Origin: Escherichia coli
Lineage (GTDB): Bacteria > Pseudomonadota > Gammaproteobacteria > Enterobacterales > Enterobacteriaceae
NCBI RefSeq assembly: GCF_024502345.1
Contig: NZ_JALDNN010000001.1
Length of the DNA: 64,000 nucleotides
Strand: one strand, 5' to 3'
This document shows, in pieces, positions 50,375-62,886 of the stretch. The notes under the pieces are model-generated. The model was not told where the DNA came from, made no database searches, and saw only the letters and a program-made list of their open reading frames with translations. Numbering within the stretch: position 1 is the first letter of the stretch; each line of letters starts with the position of its first letter. The position numbers and the translations under genes are program-made.

Positions 50375-51199
50375 ATGGATAAACCAAAGGCGTACTGCCG
50401 CCTGCTTCTCCCCTGCTTTCTTTTACTTTCGGCCTGTACCGTTGATATCAGCCAGCCAGACTCCTCTGCCACAGCAGTAGATGCCGAGGCGAAAACATGG
50501 GCTGTCAAATTCCAGCATCAAAGCTCTTTCACCGAACAATCAATAAAAGAAATAACGGTACCTGATCTCAAACCCGGCGATTTGCTGTTCTCCTCAAGCC
50601 TGGGGGTAACCTCATTTGGGATCCGCGTTTTCAGCACTTCCTCTGTGAGTCACGTTGCAATCTATCTGGGTGATAATAACGTTGCAGAAGCGACAGGCGC
50701 TGGCGTCCAGATTGTTTCCCTTAAAAAAGCGATGAAGCATAGCGATAAGCTTTTCGTCTTACGAGTCCCGGATCTTACCCCGCAACAAGCCACAGAAATC
50801 ACCGCGTTCGCCAACAAAATTAAAGATAGCGGGTATAACTATCGCGGCATTGTCGAGTTCATTCCATTTATGGTGACCCGCCAGATGTGCTCACTGAATC
50901 CTTTTTCCGCAGATTTTCGCCAACAGTGCGTCAGCGGCCTGGCGAAAGCGCAGTTAAGCAGTGTGGGCGAAGGAGACAAAAAGTCGTGGTTTTGTTCGGA
51001 ATTTGTCACTGATGCATTTGCCAAAGCCGGGCATCCGCTTACGCTGGCGCAATCGGGCTGGATTAGCCCTGCCGATCTGATGCATATGCGTATTGGTGAT
51101 GTCTCTGCGTTTAAGCCAGAAACGCAGTTACAGTATGTTGGGCACCTGAAGCCAGGGATTTATATCAAGGCGGGTCGCTTTGTTGGTTTGACCCGGTGA
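50375..51199 (+). CDS. yaeF: Lipoprotein YaeF (permuted papain-like family)
   Basis: Lipobox LLSAC; synteny downstream of proS. Confidence 0.9.
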   Translation: MDKPKAYCRLLLPCFLLLSACTVDISQPDSSATAVDAEAKTWAVKFQHQSSFTEQSIKEITVPDLKPGDLLFSSSLGVTSFGIRVFSTSSVSHVAIYLGDNNVAEATGAGVQIVSLKKAMKHSDKLFVLRVPDLTPQQATEITAFANKIKDSGYNYRGIVEFIPFMVTRQMCSLNPFSADFRQQCVSGLAKAQLSSVGEGDKKSWFCSEFVTDAFAKAGHPLTLAQSGWISPADLMHMRIGDVSAFKPETQLQYVGHLKPGIYIKAGRFVGLTR

Positions 51200-51204
51200 T
51201 AAAG

Positions 51205-51345
<141 letters not shown>

Positions 51346-51398
51346 GTTGAAATATATCCTTCTGGCCTGTTTTGCGTTTGTTTCTGTCTCAAGACGGG

Positions 51399-52109
51399 TT
51401 ACTGCCCCAAACTACTGCAATCCTGGTTTGGGTAAAATTTACCTGCCGTATCGGGCGCTAATACTTTGGTTGGCGCACCAGTATCCGGATTAGCCTCAAG
51501 CGTAAAGTGACCTTCTACTGACAGTAACACCGGTTTTTCACTGTGACCACGCGCAGCCAGGTAGCCACGCTCCAGCTCTGCGTTATTCGCTACCATGAAA
51601 CGTTTTCCGGTCACGCAATCAGTGAAGGTCGCCGCATCAGCCATATAAAAATACATGCCCCGCAGGGTCATCGGCGTCATGGGTAAACTGGATTGTGCCG
51701 GTTCCAGCGTATAGTTGAACTGCGATTCAATCGGATTGCCTTCACGATCGAGCATCTCCAGCGCATCGCCTTTCGCCCGATAATATGACTTTTCACCTTT
51801 GCTGTCGGTTAATACCAGCTTGTCAGCGGTTCGCGCCCATGTACCGTAGGAAGCGAAGGAGGAAGGTTCTTCACGAGCACCGAGATAACGCTCATTCATC
51901 ACCCATGTTCCGTCTTTTTCGAGGAACAGAGAGGTTTCGATTCCTTCGCAATCGGCACACGGCAGCACGCCGCGCCAACTTTGCGGCATCGGTTTCAGTT
52001 CGGCTGCCTGCGCCGGAGAAAGCGTATCGACTTCGGCCCGATTATTACAACCCATCAGAGTAAAGAGGCTGATTACAGCCATCGCTGTCACTATCGCTTT
52101 TTTCACCAT
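51399..52109 (-). CDS. nlpE: Copper-homeostasis / envelope-stress lipoprotein NlpE (CutF)
   Basis: Lipobox LMGC, CxxC motif; 236 aa. Confidence 0.95.
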   Translation of the reverse strand: MVKKAIVTAMAVISLFTLMGCNNRAEVDTLSPAQAAELKPMPQSWRGVLPCADCEGIETSLFLEKDGTWVMNERYLGAREEPSSFASYGTWARTADKLVLTDSKGEKSYYRAKGDALEMLDREGNPIESQFNYTLEPAQSSLPMTPMTLRGMYFYMADAATFTDCVTGKRFMVANNAELERGYLAARGHSEKPVLLSVEGHFTLEANPDTGAPTKVLAPDTAGKFYPNQDCSSLGQ

Positions 52110-52122
52110 CCATTCCTTCTTT

Positions 52123-52545
52123 TTATTCCCGACCGCTGCGCACTTTGCCGCGCATCGCCTTCACGCTTGATTTTTGTGCTTTCGATGCCAGCCTGCGCTC
52201 TTTCGATGCACGGGTGGGCCGCGTGGGTCGTCGGGCTTTTTGTTCTGTTGTTAATTCTTTAATCACAGCCACCAGCCGGGCCAGAGCGGCTTCGCGGTTC
52301 AGTTCCTGACTGCGGTATTCCTGTGCCTTAATGACAATCACGCCATCACTGCTGATCAAATGATGGCTGGCGGCGAGCAGACGCTCTTTGTAATACTCTG
52401 GCAGGCTGGACGCCCGAATGTCAAAACGCAGATGAATAGCCGTTGAGGTCTTATTAACATGCTGCCCGCCCGCGCCCTGCGCACGAATGGCGGTGATCTC
52501 AAGCTCACCATCGGGAATAGCAACATGTCGGGAAATCACAATCAT
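52123..52545 (-). CDS. arfB: Peptidyl-tRNA hydrolase ArfB (YaeJ), ribosome rescue factor
   Basis: GGQ motif ([12 protein letters not shown]); basic C-terminal tail; 140 aa. Confidence 0.96.
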   Translation of the reverse strand: MIVISRHVAIPDGELEITAIRAQGAGGQHVNKTSTAIHLRFDIRASSLPEYYKERLLAASHHLISSDGVIVIKAQEYRSQELNREAALARLVAVIKELTTEQKARRPTRPTRASKERRLASKAQKSSVKAMRGKVRSGRE

Positions 52546-53087
52546 GAAGGTTGTTGCCAGGCGGTTAAGTTCACTTCCAGATTATTCTTATCATCCGATA
52601 ACCAGATCACGCCATCCTGAATCGTTGCCTGCAGCGTCATGGTACGATCGGCAAAGGCGCTTACTTTCGCCAGTTGTTCATCGTCCAGATACCAGACGGA
52701 AAGATTGGCAAACTGCACACATTTGCTCTGATTTTGCTGCCACCAGATTTGCGCCGCCCGACTATTATAGGTAAACAGCGCCACTTCTGCGGCCTGGGTG
52801 CAGGCTTTCTTAATCCGCCGCTCATCCGGCAGCCCCAGCTCAATCCACAAATCAATGCCCAGGTGATCGTTACGCAGCCACGCTTCCGGCTCATCATCGG
52901 CACACAAACCACGGGTAAATTGCAGACGTTCATCAGCATATTTCAGCCACGCCAGCAAGCGCAGCATCATACGCTCCTGGGTTTCTGAAGGGTGGCGCGC
53001 CAGCGTCAGAGAGGCATCGAGAAACTGGTTGCGGTCGAGATCGGCCACATTAACCGTCGCTTTATAAATTGTCGCTTTAAGCGCCAT
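52542..53087 (-). CDS. yaeQ: YaeQ family protein
   Basis: 181 aa; overlaps arfB start; synteny. Confidence 0.92.
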   Translation of the reverse strand: MALKATIYKATVNVADLDRNQFLDASLTLARHPSETQERMMLRLLAWLKYADERLQFTRGLCADDEPEAWLRNDHLGIDLWIELGLPDERRIKKACTQAAEVALFTYNSRAAQIWWQQNQSKCVQFANLSVWYLDDEQLAKVSAFADRTMTLQATIQDGVIWLSDDKNNLEVNLTAWQQPS

Positions 53088-53252
53088 AAGAAAACTCCTT
53101 TCGAATCAGGAGGCCATTGTAACGGAATACGTGCAGTTGCGGCGCTGATATTGCAGAAATGAGTGTGGTATAGTCACCTTGCGAAACAGAGTTTATCTTC
53201 GTAGGCTTAGACTTGCATCCACGGTTAAGTCAGAGTGCTGACAGGAGGGCAT

Positions 53253-53453
53253 GTGGAAAAATATTGTGAGTTAATACGCAAGCGGTACGCGGAAATCGCC
53301 AGCGGAGACTTAGGATACGTTCCGGACGCGCTGGGCTGCGTTTTGAAAGTGCTGAATGAAATGGCTGCCGACGACGCCCTTTCTGAGGCTGTCAGGGAAA
53401 AAGCAGCATACGCTGCGGCAAACTTACTGGTGAGCGATTATGTCAATGAATGA
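53253..53453 (+). CDS. yaeP: UPF0253 protein YaeP
   Basis: (M)[27 protein letters not shown]...; GTG start; 66 aa. Confidence 0.9.
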
Positions 53454-53700
53454 TACGTATCAACCAATCAATTGTGATGATTACGATAATCTTGAGCTCG
53501 CCTGCCAGCATCATTTAATGCTGACACTTGAGCTGAAAGATGGCGAAAAATTGCAGGCAAAAGCCAGCGATTTAGTCTCCCGCAAAAATGTGGAGTATCT
53601 GGTCGTCGAGGCCGCTGGCGAAACCCGTGAGCTACGTCTGGATAAAATTACCAGCTTTAGCCACCCGGAAATCGGTACGGTGGTGGTGAGCGAGTCCTGA
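53446..53700 (+). CDS. rof: Rho-binding antiterminator Rof
   Basis: [23 protein letters not shown]...; 84 aa. Confidence 0.93.
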
Positions 53701-53752
53701 TTGACTTTCGCCGGATGCGACGCTTAATGCGTCATATCCGGCCTTCACTTAA

Positions 53753-55048
53753 CTAAGCGTTTCGCTGCCAGACAAAACTTATGCCATTCTCACCTTCAGC
53801 CACACCTTCTTGCGTCACAAATACCCCTGCCGCCGCAATCAGCGTTTCGCCATAAAACAGCAGTGGCGTGGTGTCACGTAGCCACGGCGGCACGCCCAGC
53901 TCTTGCCAGATTTTCTTTAGCTTACGTCCGCCGTTACGCCCGACAATATGCAGCAATCCTGGCGCTTTGAAACGCACGCTGACCGCTTCGTCTGCACGCG
54001 GAGGGCGAATAGCACCTCCCGCATTAAGCTGTACACTTCCCAGCCCCGCCGGTAATTCCAGCGGTTGAAGCCACGTCTGCCACGGCACAATGTTTTCGCT
54101 TTGCCCGGTGACGGATTTAATCCACCACAGTTGCGACTGATAGCGTCGGATTTCAAACGCGCCCAAACGTAAACAGGGGGAGGCATCTTCCCGCGCCAGC
54201 GCCACTTCCTGCCAGATCCTCACCAACGCGTCGCGGGAAGGCATCGGTGCATTCTGCCCTGCCAGCCAGCGACGGATAATCGCCGCGCGACGGGCATCAC
54301 TCATCGCCAGCATTGGCGCAATCTGCAGCGTCCCCTGCGGCGATTGACAGTGTGCTAAATCATCCGCCAGCAGTTCATCCAACAGGCTCTCTTGTTCAGC
54401 ACAAAGTGCGGCGCTGCGGGCCGTTGTTTCGGCAAAATGCGGCCAACGCTGCTGCAATAACGGCACTACGCGCAGGCGCAGAAAGTTACGATCGTATGAG
54501 TCGTCCTGATTACTTTCGTCTTCAATCCAGCGTAAACCATGCGCCAATGCCCACTGCGCCAGTTCCCCCCGCGTGCGGGCAAGCAACGGGCGGATAAGCC
54601 GTGTTCCGGCAAACTCCGAAACTTCCGCCATAGCCGAAAGCCCGGCAGGGCCGCTACCGCGTTTTAGCGCCAGCAGAAAAGTTTCACATTGATCGTCGAG
54701 ATGTTGCGCGGTGACCAGCACTTCACCGGGCAACAAGGTGCGGGCAAATGCCTGATAACGCGCCTGCCGCGCCTGGGCCTCAATCCCCAGCCCCTCTTGC
54801 GCAAGTTGTACGCGTTCGACCACCAGCGGCACCTGCCACTGTTGGCAGACGTTTTCGCAATGCGTAACCCAGGCATCGGCATTGGCACTTAAACCGTGAT
54901 GCACATGAATAGCGCGCAGAGCGACACCCGGATTTTCCGTCCGCCACTGCACCAACTGATGCAGCAGAACGGTGGAGTCAAGCCCGCCGCTAAAGGCCAC
55001 CAGAATCTGGCGTGAGGTGAGAAGTTGTCTATTGAGCGTGAGTGTCAT
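53753..55048 (-). CDS. tilS: tRNA(Ile)-lysidine synthetase
   Basis: PP-loop SGGLDS; 431 aa. Confidence 0.96.
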   Translation of the reverse strand: MTLTLNRQLLTSRQILVAFSGGLDSTVLLHQLVQWRTENPGVALRAIHVHHGLSANADAWVTHCENVCQQWQVPLVVERVQLAQEGLGIEAQARQARYQAFARTLLPGEVLVTAQHLDDQCETFLLALKRGSGPAGLSAMAEVSEFAGTRLIRPLLARTRGELAQWALAHGLRWIEDESNQDDSYDRNFLRLRVVPLLQQRWPHFAETTARSAALCAEQESLLDELLADDLAHCQSPQGTLQIAPMLAMSDARRAAIIRRWLAGQNAPMPSRDALVRIWQEVALAREDASPCLRLGAFEIRRYQSQLWWIKSVTGQSENIVPWQTWLQPLELPAGLGSVQLNAGGAIRPPRADEAVSVRFKAPGLLHIVGRNGGRKLKKIWQELGVPPWLRDTTPLLFYGETLIAAAGVFVTQEGVAEGENGISFVWQRNA

Positions 55049-55112
55049 GATGGTGCGATTTTACAGTAGCAATGCCCGGCACGTTACCGGGCAAATGCCG
55101 CGATGACAAGCC

Positions 55113-55502
55113 TTACCACTCATACAGTTCCAACGGCAGCCCGTCCGGATCGTTAAAGAACGTGAAGCGTTTTTGCGTGTATGGATCGACACGGATGGCT
55201 TCACACTTCACGTTATGGCTTTCAAGGTGCGCCACTGCCGCATCGATATCATCAACGCTAAAAGCCAGATGACGCAGGCCGCAAGCTTCCGGTCGGCTGG
55301 GGCGCTCCGGCGGGAACGGAAATGAGAAAAGCTCAATCACATATTGCCCATTAAGCGCCAAATCCCCTTTCCACGAGTCGCGCGCTTCGCGATAGACTTC
55401 GCTTTGCAGCGTGAAACCAAGAATATCGCAGTAGAAAGCTTTGCTCACCGCATAATCCGTCGCAATAATCGCAATATGGTGAACCTGTTTTAAACCCAGC
55501 AT
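55113..55502 (-). CDS. yaeR: Glyoxalase/VOC-family protein YaeR
   Basis: MLGLKQVHHIAIIATDYAVSKAFY...; 129 aa from internal Met. Confidence 0.92.
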   Translation of the reverse strand: MLGLKQVHHIAIIATDYAVSKAFYCDILGFTLQSEVYREARDSWKGDLALNGQYVIELFSFPFPPERPSRPEACGLRHLAFSVDDIDAAVAHLESHNVKCEAIRVDPYTQKRFTFFNDPDGLPLELYEW

Positions 55503-55558
55503 AACGTCTCCTTTATTTGTTAACAGCACGTTACTCGCCCGGAAGCCGCTCTGGCAAG

Positions 55559-57700
55559 TTATCCCGCCATTTTTAGGACTCGTACGCGGTAAACGCCGTC
55601 TTCGTCCTGTTTCGCGCCGTGAATATCCGTTTCAAAACCGGGGTAATGTTGCCCTACGGAACAAAGCATCAGTAGAAAATCGAGTACTGTGCGGCTCTCT
55701 TTGGTCAGCATTTCTCCAGGCATCAACAGCGGTACGCCAGGAGGATAAGGCAGGATCATATTTGCCGATACTCTACCGACCAGTTGTTCCAGCGCAATGG
55801 TTTCTACTTCACCTTTAATCTGTCTCTGCCATGCCTGATGTGGCGTCATGATCATTTCCGGCAAAGTATCGAATGCCCGCAACATCAAACCGGGAAGATC
55901 GTGTTTACGAATCAGCTTATGGATCCCTTGCGCCAGATCCTGAATACGCATATTGCGGTAGAAATCGGGATCTTCTGCGTACAGATCCGGAAGCATATTT
56001 TTGATTCGCAGATTGAGATCGTAAGAGCGTTTAAATTCCGTCAACCCACGCAATAATCCCATTGCTTTGGTTTTATCGATGCCAATACTAAAGAGAAACA
56101 GCAGGTTATATGGGCCGGTTTTCTCTACCACGATCCCACGCTCATCGAGGAACTTCGCCACCAGCGCCGCCGGGATCCCCTCCTCGCTCATATTGCCCTG
56201 CTCGTCCATCCCCGGCGTCAAAATAGTGACTTTAACCGGATCGAGAAACATATGATCGGCATCCGCATCGTTAAAGCCGTGCCACTGTTCGTCAGGCGCA
56301 ACGGGCCAGCATTCGGCTTCATCCACCTGCGGCGGTTGCCAGATATCGAAAAACCAACCGTCAGACTCTTCCCGCAACCGCTGGACCTCTTTGCGAAAAT
56401 GCAGCGCCCGCTCCACCGAACGGTTAATCAGCCGTTTGCCCGGATTACCACGCAGCATCGCCGCCGCCGTCTCAACCGAAGCAACAATGGGATAACTGGG
56501 CGAGGTGGTGGTATGCATCATAAAGGCTTCGTTAAAGGCCTCTTCGTCATACTCGCCTTTAATGTGGATCAGCGAAGCCTGCGATAACGCCGCCAGCATT
56601 TTGTGGGTCGATTGCGTTTCGAAGATCACTTTTCCCGCAACACGCTCGCCGCTCATACCACTTTTACCCTGGTAGATCGGATGAAAATGGGTGTACGGCA
56701 CCCAGGCAGAATCGAAGTGAATCGACGGGACATCCAGCGTCTGTTTGATCCAGTCGGTGTTGTAGAGCAAGCCATCATAGGTGGAGTTGGTGATCACCGC
56801 ATGAACCGGCCATTGTGCTTGCGTGGTGGCAGCGACTTTCTCTTCGATGCTGTCGCGAGTAAATTCACGGCGCGGGATCCCACCCAGAATCCCCAACGCA
56901 TTACGCGTCGGTTTCAGCCAGACTGGCACTACATCGTTCATCATCAACAGATGCGCCAGCGATTTATGACAATTGCGGTCAATCAACAGCGTACTGCCGG
57001 ATGGCGCGGCGTACATACCCACAATTTTGTTCGACGTCGATGTTCCGTTGGTAACGATATAACTCTGTTCCGCGCCAAAAGTCCGCGCGATGTATTCTTC
57101 CGCTTCCAGGTGTGGCCCGGTGTGGTCGAGCAACGAACCAAGCTCGGTGACCGAAATAGAGACATCAGCCTTAAGGGTATTCCCGCCGAAAAAGTCATAA
57201 AACAGACAGCCAACCGGGCTTTTTTGATATGCGGTGCCGCCCATATGACCCGGCGTACAAAAGGTGTACTTCCGCTCTTTGACGTAGGTAAACAAGGCTT
57301 TCGTGAACGGTGGGGTAATGTTATCAAGATATTCGTCGGTGTACTGACGCATACGAATGGCGATATCTTCCGCCTGCCCCAGCGCATATTCAAAAAACCA
57401 GAGCGCCATCCGCATATCCTGCACGCTGACATCCATCGTCGAGTGGGTGTTGATGAAGGCATAAAGCGGGAGATATTCATTAAGCTGATTGATATCGCTA
57501 CATAAATCGAGACTGTACTCATCCCAGTCAAAAATCACGCCGCAAATTCGAGGGTTATGTTCGATAAATTTCAGCAAATCAACGCTGTTTTGTGGCCAGA
57601 TAATCTGAAAGCCTTGCGCCACCAGCGCCGACTCCAGTTCTTTGATGGGCTCATCTTTATAAAAGACGCCATGCGGTCCCATAATGGCAATGATGTTCAT
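55559..57700 (-). CDS. ldcC: Constitutive lysine decarboxylase
   Basis: 713 aa Orn/Lys/Arg decarboxylase; synteny with accA. Confidence 0.96.
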   Translation of the reverse strand: MNIIAIMGPHGVFYKDEPIKELESALVAQGFQIIWPQNSVDLLKFIEHNPRICGVIFDWDEYSLDLCSDINQLNEYLPLYAFINTHSTMDVSVQDMRMALWFFEYALGQAEDIAIRMRQYTDEYLDNITPPFTKALFTYVKERKYTFCTPGHMGGTAYQKSPVGCLFYDFFGGNTLKADVSISVTELGSLLDHTGPHLEAEEYIARTFGAEQSYIVTNGTSTSNKIVGMYAAPSGSTLLIDRNCHKSLAHLLMMNDVVPVWLKPTRNALGILGGIPRREFTRDSIEEKVAATTQAQWPVHAVITNSTYDGLLYNTDWIKQTLDVPSIHFDSAWVPYTHFHPIYQGKSGMSGERVAGKVIFETQSTHKMLAALSQASLIHIKGEYDEEAFNEAFMMHTTTSPSYPIVASVETAAAMLRGNPGKRLINRSVERALHFRKEVQRLREESDGWFFDIWQPPQVDEAECWPVAPDEQWHGFNDADADHMFLDPVKVTILTPGMDEQGNMSEEGIPAALVAKFLDERGIVVEKTGPYNLLFLFSIGIDKTKAMGLLRGLTEFKRSYDLNLRIKNMLPDLYAEDPDFYRNMRIQDLAQGIHKLIRKHDLPGLMLRAFDTLPEMIMTPHQAWQRQIKGEVETIALEQLVGRVSANMILPYPPGVPLLMPGEMLTKESRTVLDFLLMLCSVGQHYPGFETDIHGAKQDEDGVYRVRVLKMAG

Positions 57701-57798
57701 GTGTTCCTCCTGGAAAATCCTTCCTTAATCATAGCCTGCTCAAACCGTGGCGATAAAAAAGGGCCACCGAAGTGACCCTTTTTCAGAACTTTTGCGAA

Positions 57799-58758
57799 TT
57801 ACGCGTAACCGTAGCTCATCAGGCGCTGATAACGACGATTTTTTAAATCTTCAGTGCTTAACACGTCGAGATCGGCCAGATCCGCCAGCAGTTGCGCTTT
57901 CAACGATGCCGCCATCGCTTCCGGGTTACGGTGAGCGCCGCCCAGCGGTTCCGGGATGATGGAGTCGATCAGTTTCAGCTCTTTCAGACGCGGAGCGATG
58001 ATACCCATCGCTTCAGCCGCCAGCGGCGCTTTGTCGGCGCTCTTCCACAGAATGGACGCACAACCTTCCGGCGAGATAACGGAATAGGTGCTGTATTGCA
58101 GCATATTCACTTTATCGCCCACGCCAATCGCCAGCGCACCGCCAGAACCACCTTCACCGATAACCGTACAAACTACCGGTACGCCGAGGCGAGACATTTC
58201 ACGCAGGTTGCGTGCAATGGCTTCAGACTGACCACGCTCTTCTGCGCCCACGCCAGGATAAGCCCCCGGGGTGTCGATAAAGGTGATGATAGGCATCTTA
58301 AAGCGTTCAGCCATTTGCATCAGACGCAGTGCTTTGCGGTAACCTTCTGGCGCTGGCATACCAAAGTTACGGCGAATTTTTTCTTTGGTTTCACGACCTT
58401 TTTGATGGCCAATGATCATCACCGGACGACCATCGAGACGGGCGATACCACCGACGATAGCTTTATCGTCTGCATACGCGCGGTCGCCAGCCAGTTCGTC
58501 AAATTCATCAAATGCCAGGCGAACGTAATCCAGGGTATAAGGACGCTGTGGATGACGTGCCAGTTGCGCAATCTGCCATGCACCGAGATCGGCGAAGATT
58601 TTACGCGTCAGTTCTACGCTTTTTTCACGCAGACGATGCACTTCTTCATCGATGTTAATATCCAGTTTCTCATCCTGACGGCTAACCGCAGTCAGAGAAT
58701 CGATTTTCGCTTCCAGCTCTGCAATCGGCTGTTCAAAATCAAGGAAATTCAGACTCAT
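57799..58758 (-). CDS. accA: Acetyl-CoA carboxylase carboxyltransferase subunit alpha
   Basis: [22 protein letters not shown]...; 319 aa. Confidence 0.97.
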   Translation of the reverse strand: MSLNFLDFEQPIAELEAKIDSLTAVSRQDEKLDINIDEEVHRLREKSVELTRKIFADLGAWQIAQLARHPQRPYTLDYVRLAFDEFDELAGDRAYADDKAIVGGIARLDGRPVMIIGHQKGRETKEKIRRNFGMPAPEGYRKALRLMQMAERFKMPIITFIDTPGAYPGVGAEERGQSEAIARNLREMSRLGVPVVCTVIGEGGSGGALAIGVGDKVNMLQYSTYSVISPEGCASILWKSADKAPLAAEAMGIIAPRLKELKLIDSIIPEPLGGAHRNPEAMAASLKAQLLADLADLDVLSTEDLKNRRYQRLMSYGYA

Positions 58759-58770
58759 AGTATTCCTGTA

Positions 58771-61700
58771 TTAGTCAAACTCCAGTTCCACCTGCTCCGA
58801 ACCAATGAGGCCACGGAGATCGTTTAATAAACGATCGCTCGGAGAGACACGCCACGTCGCTCCAAAACGCAACCGCGCGCGTGCATCCGCCCTCTGATAG
58901 TAGAGATGTACTGGAATTGTCCCAGAGCGGTGGGGTTCCAGAGACTGACGGAGTCGGTTTAAAAGCTGGTCATCAATTTGCCTGTCCGTCAGCGAGATAG
59001 CAAGCCCGCGAGCATATTTTTCCCGGGCTTCGTCAATATCCATCACTTCGCGAGCGGTCATTTTAAGCCCACCGCTGAAGTCATCAAAGCTGACCTGTCC
59101 GCTGACGATAAGTATGCGGTCTTTTTCCAGCAATTGCTGGTATTTATCCAGGGCGTCAGTAAACAACATCACTTCCAGCCGCCCGGAACGGTCATCCAGC
59201 GTGCAGATACCGATACGATTGCCGCGCTTGGTGACCATAACCCGCGCGGCAACAACGAGCCCCGCAGCCGTGATGACTTTACCACGTTCTGTCGGGTGCA
59301 TGTCTTTCAGCCTTACGCCTCCGACATAACGCTCAATCTCTTTTAAATACTGGTTGATAGGGTGTCCCGTCAGGTACAGACCTAACGTTTCACGTTCCCC
59401 ATCTAATACCACCTGCTCCGGCCACGGTTGGCAGCTGGCGTAGGATTGTTCAATTTGTTCCGGCTCTTCGGCCAGCACGCCGAACATATCGGCCTGACCG
59501 ATAGCTTCCGCTTTCGCGTGTTGATCTGCCGCTTTTAACGCATCGCCCAGCGAGTTCATCAGTGCCGCGCGGTGTGGCCCAAGACGGTCAAACGCCCCGG
59601 ACATAATCAGTTTTTCCAGCACTCGCCGGTTTAACTTTTTGGTGTCGGTTCGGGCGCAGAGATCAAACAGTTCGCGGAAGTAGCCGCCTTTATTACGGGC
59701 TTCGATGATCGCCTCAATCGGACCTTCACCTACCCCTTTGATCGCGCCAATACCATACACGATTTCGCCGTCGTCGTTGACGTGGAAATGGTAAAGACCG
59801 GAGTTTATATCTGGTGGCAGGATTTTCAGCCCCATCCGCCAGCACTCATCCACCAGGCCCACCACCTTCTCGGTGTTGTCCATATCGGCGGTCATTACCG
59901 CCGCCATAAACTCCGCCGGATAGTGCGCTTTCAGCCATAACGTTTGATATGACACCAAAGCATAGGCCGCAGAGTGCGATTTGTTAAATCCGTAACCAGC
60001 GAATTTCTCCACCAGGTCGAAGATTTTCATCGCCAGTTCGGCGTTGATTCCGTTCTTTTCTGCACCTTCAGCAAATACAGAACGCTGCTTCGCCATCTCT
60101 TCCGGCTTTTTCTTACCCATCGCACGACGCAGCATATCCGCGCCACCGAGGGTATAACCAGAAAGCACCTGCGCAATCTGCATGACCTGTTCCTGATACA
60201 GGATGATGCCGTAGGTTGGCTCCAGTACCGGTTTCAGGCTTTCATGCTGCCACTGCACGTCCGGATAGGAGATCTCTTCGCGACCATGTTTACGGTCAAT
60301 AAAGTTATCCACCATCCCTGACTGCAACGGACCAGGGCGGAACAGTGCCACCAGTGCGATCATATCTTCGAAGCAGTCAGGTTGCAGACGCTTGATCAGG
60401 TCCTTCATGCCGCGCGATTCAAGCTGGAATACCGCCGTGGTTTCCGAGCGTTGCAGCATGTCGAAGCTTTTCTTGTCATCCAGCGGGATCGCGGCGATAT
60501 CCAGCGGCGGCTCGCCATTCTTCGCCCGCCGCTTGTTGATCATCTCCAGCGCCCAGTTGATGATGGTGAGCGTACGCAAACCAAGGAAGTCGAACTTCAC
60601 CAGTCCGGCGTATTCAACGTCGCTTTTATCAAACTGGGTGACCGGATGTTTGCCCTCTTCATCGCAATAAAGCGGCGCAAAATCGGTAATTTTGGTCGGC
60701 GCGATAACCACCCCACCGGCGTGCTTACCGGCGTTACGGGTGACCCCTTCCAGTTTGCGCGCCATGTCGATCAGCGCCTTAACTTCTTCATCCGCTTCGT
60801 AGATTTCCGGCAGCTGCGGCTCGGCTTCAAACGCTTTCGCCAGCGTCATCCCCGGATCGGGCGGGATCAGTTTCGAGATACGATCGACAAAGCCGTACGG
60901 ATGCCCCAGCACGCGGCCTACGTCGCGGATCACCGCTTTCGCCGCCATTGTACCGAAGGTGATGATCTGCGATACCGCATCACGACCGTACATGTCCGCT
61001 ACGTGCTCGATAACCTGATCGCGTTTCTCCATACAGAAGTCAACGTCGAAGTCAGGCATGGAGACACGTTCCGGGTTAAGGAAACGTTCGAACAGCAGGT
61101 CAAATTCCAGCGGATCGAGGTCGGTGATTTTCAGCGCGTAGGCCACCAGTGAACCCGCACCGGAGCCACGGCCTGGCCCTACCGGTACGCCGTTATCTTT
61201 CGACCACTGGATAAATTCCATAACGATGAGGAAGTAGCCCGGGAAGCCCATCTGGTTGATAACCTGAAGTTCAGTCTCCAGACGTTCGTCATATTCCGGG
61301 CGGCGCTTAACACGTTCTTCCTCGTCAGGGAATAAAAAGGCCAGACGCTCTTCCAGGCCCTCTTTTGCACGCTTGACCAGATAATCTTCGGTGCTCATGT
61401 CCCCGGTCGGGAACTGCGGCAGGAAGTATTCACCAAGACGCACGGTTACGTTACAGCGTTTGGCGATCTCAACGGTGTTGGCAAGAGCTTCGGGGATGTC
61501 GGCAAACAGCTCACACATCTCCTCTTCGCTACGCATATATTGCTGCGGCGAATAGTTACGCGGGCGTTTAGGATCGTCGAGGGTAAAGCCGTCGTGGATC
61601 GCGACGCGGATTTCGTGTGCGTCAAAGTCGCTGCTGTCGATAAAGCGCACGTCGTTGGTCGCCACGACGGGCAAACCGCGCGCTTCCGCCAGTTCCACCG

Positions 61701-62253
61701 CCGCGTGCAGATAGCTTTCTTCGTCCGGCCTGCCGGTGCGGATCAGCTCGAGAAAATAGCGATCCGGGAAGTGTTCTTCATAAAACGCGACACACTCATC
61801 TACCAGCGCGCTGTTACCACGCAAAAGACTGCGTCCGACGTCGCCCATGCGTCCGCCGGAAAGAAGGATCAACCCTTCGTTTAATTCGATAAGCCAGTCG
61901 CGATCGATGATCGGCCCGGCGGCACCGTACCCGCGCTGATACGCTTTTGAGATCAGCAACGTCAGATTCTGATAGCCGGTATTGTTCGCCGCCAGTACCG
62001 TCAGGTGGGTTAACTCATCACCCAGCAGGTCGCACTGGACGTTAAAATCTGCCCCGACGATAGGCTTAATCCCTGCGCCATGTCCCGCTCCGTAGAACTT
62101 CACCAGACCACAAAGGTTGGTGAAATCGGTGATCGCCAGTGCTGGCATACCCAACGCCGCCGCCTTTTTTACCAACGGTGCGGTTTTGGCCAGGCCATCG
62201 ATCATCGAGTAGTCGCTGTGCACCCGCAGGTGTACGAAACGTGGTTCAGACAT
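58771..62253 (-). CDS. dnaE: DNA polymerase III alpha subunit
   Basis: [23 protein letters not shown]... PHP domain; 1160 aa. Confidence 0.98.
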   Translation of the reverse strand: MSEPRFVHLRVHSDYSMIDGLAKTAPLVKKAAALGMPALAITDFTNLCGLVKFYGAGHGAGIKPIVGADFNVQCDLLGDELTHLTVLAANNTGYQNLTLLISKAYQRGYGAAGPIIDRDWLIELNEGLILLSGGRMGDVGRSLLRGNSALVDECVAFYEEHFPDRYFLELIRTGRPDEESYLHAAVELAEARGLPVVATNDVRFIDSSDFDAHEIRVAIHDGFTLDDPKRPRNYSPQQYMRSEEEMCELFADIPEALANTVEIAKRCNVTVRLGEYFLPQFPTGDMSTEDYLVKRAKEGLEERLAFLFPDEEERVKRRPEYDERLETELQVINQMGFPGYFLIVMEFIQWSKDNGVPVGPGRGSGAGSLVAYALKITDLDPLEFDLLFERFLNPERVSMPDFDVDFCMEKRDQVIEHVADMYGRDAVSQIITFGTMAAKAVIRDVGRVLGHPYGFVDRISKLIPPDPGMTLAKAFEAEPQLPEIYEADEEVKALIDMARKLEGVTRNAGKHAGGVVIAPTKITDFAPLYCDEEGKHPVTQFDKSDVEYAGLVKFDFLGLRTLTIINWALEMINKRRAKNGEPPLDIAAIPLDDKKSFDMLQRSETTAVFQLESRGMKDLIKRLQPDCFEDMIALVALFRPGPLQSGMVDNFIDRKHGREEISYPDVQWQHESLKPVLEPTYGIILYQEQVMQIAQVLSGYTLGGADMLRRAMGKKKPEEMAKQRSVFAEGAEKNGINAELAMKIFDLVEKFAGYGFNKSHSAAYALVSYQTLWLKAHYPAEFMAAVMTADMDNTEKVVGLVDECWRMGLKILPPDINSGLYHFHVNDDGEIVYGIGAIKGVGEGPIEAIIEARNKGGYFRELFDLCARTDTKKLNRRVLEKLIMSGAFDRLGPHRAALMNSLGDALKAADQHAKAEAIGQADMFGVLAEEPEQIEQSYASCQPWPEQVVLDGERETLGLYLTGHPINQYLKEIERYVGGVRLKDMHPTERGKVITAAGLVVAARVMVTKRGNRIGICTLDDRSGRLEVMLFTDALDKYQQLLEKDRILIVSGQVSFDDFSGGLKMTAREVMDIDEAREKYARGLAISLTDRQIDDQLLNRLRQSLEPHRSGTIPVHLYYQRADARARLRFGATWRVSPSDRLLNDLRGLIGSEQVELEFD

Positions 62254-62289
62254 CTTCAGATTCCGGTTTACTTAATCTCGACACAAGAA

Positions 62290-62886
62290 TCAGGACGCAA
62301 GTCCCAGTGCGCGTTTGACAGGCCCAAAGCTGCGCCGATGGTGTTCGGTCGCGCCGTGTTCAGCCAGTTTTTCCAGATGAAAAGCGGTTGGGTACCCTTT
62401 GTGTTGGGCAAAACCATATTGCGGGAAAACAATATCCAGCGCCGCCATTTCGGCGTCACGCGTCACTTTCGCCAGGATAGACGCGGCACTGATTTCCGGT
62501 ACGCGGCTATCGCCTTTCACCACAGCCATCGCAGGCATCGGTAATTTCGGGCAGCGGTTACCATCAATCAACACATATTCCGGCGCAATATGCAGCCCAG
62601 CGACGGCACGCTGCATCGCCAGCATGGTCGCATGAAGAATGTTCAGCTCGTCGATTTCGTGGGGTTCCGCGCGGCCCAGACTCCAGCTCAACGCTTTCTC
62701 TTTGATCTCTTCATAGAGCGCCAGACGGCGTTTTTCGCTCAGCTTTTTGGAATCATTCAGCCCGGCAATCGGGCGCGCCGGGTCAAGGATCACCGCAGCG
62801 GTGACGACCGCGCCAACTAACGGCCCGCGTCCGACTTCATCCACACCCGCAACCAGCTGCGTGTGCGGATAAACAAATTCGATCAT
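62290..62886 (-). CDS. rnhB: Ribonuclease HII
   Basis: [28 protein letters not shown]...; 198 aa. Confidence 0.97.

Noticed and set aside
48718-50387. Several minus-strand ORFs (263, 193, 135 aa) inside proS, and similar antisense ORFs inside dnaE, ldcC and accA
   Set aside because: They lie opposite highly conserved housekeeping genes and lack any recognisable protein features.
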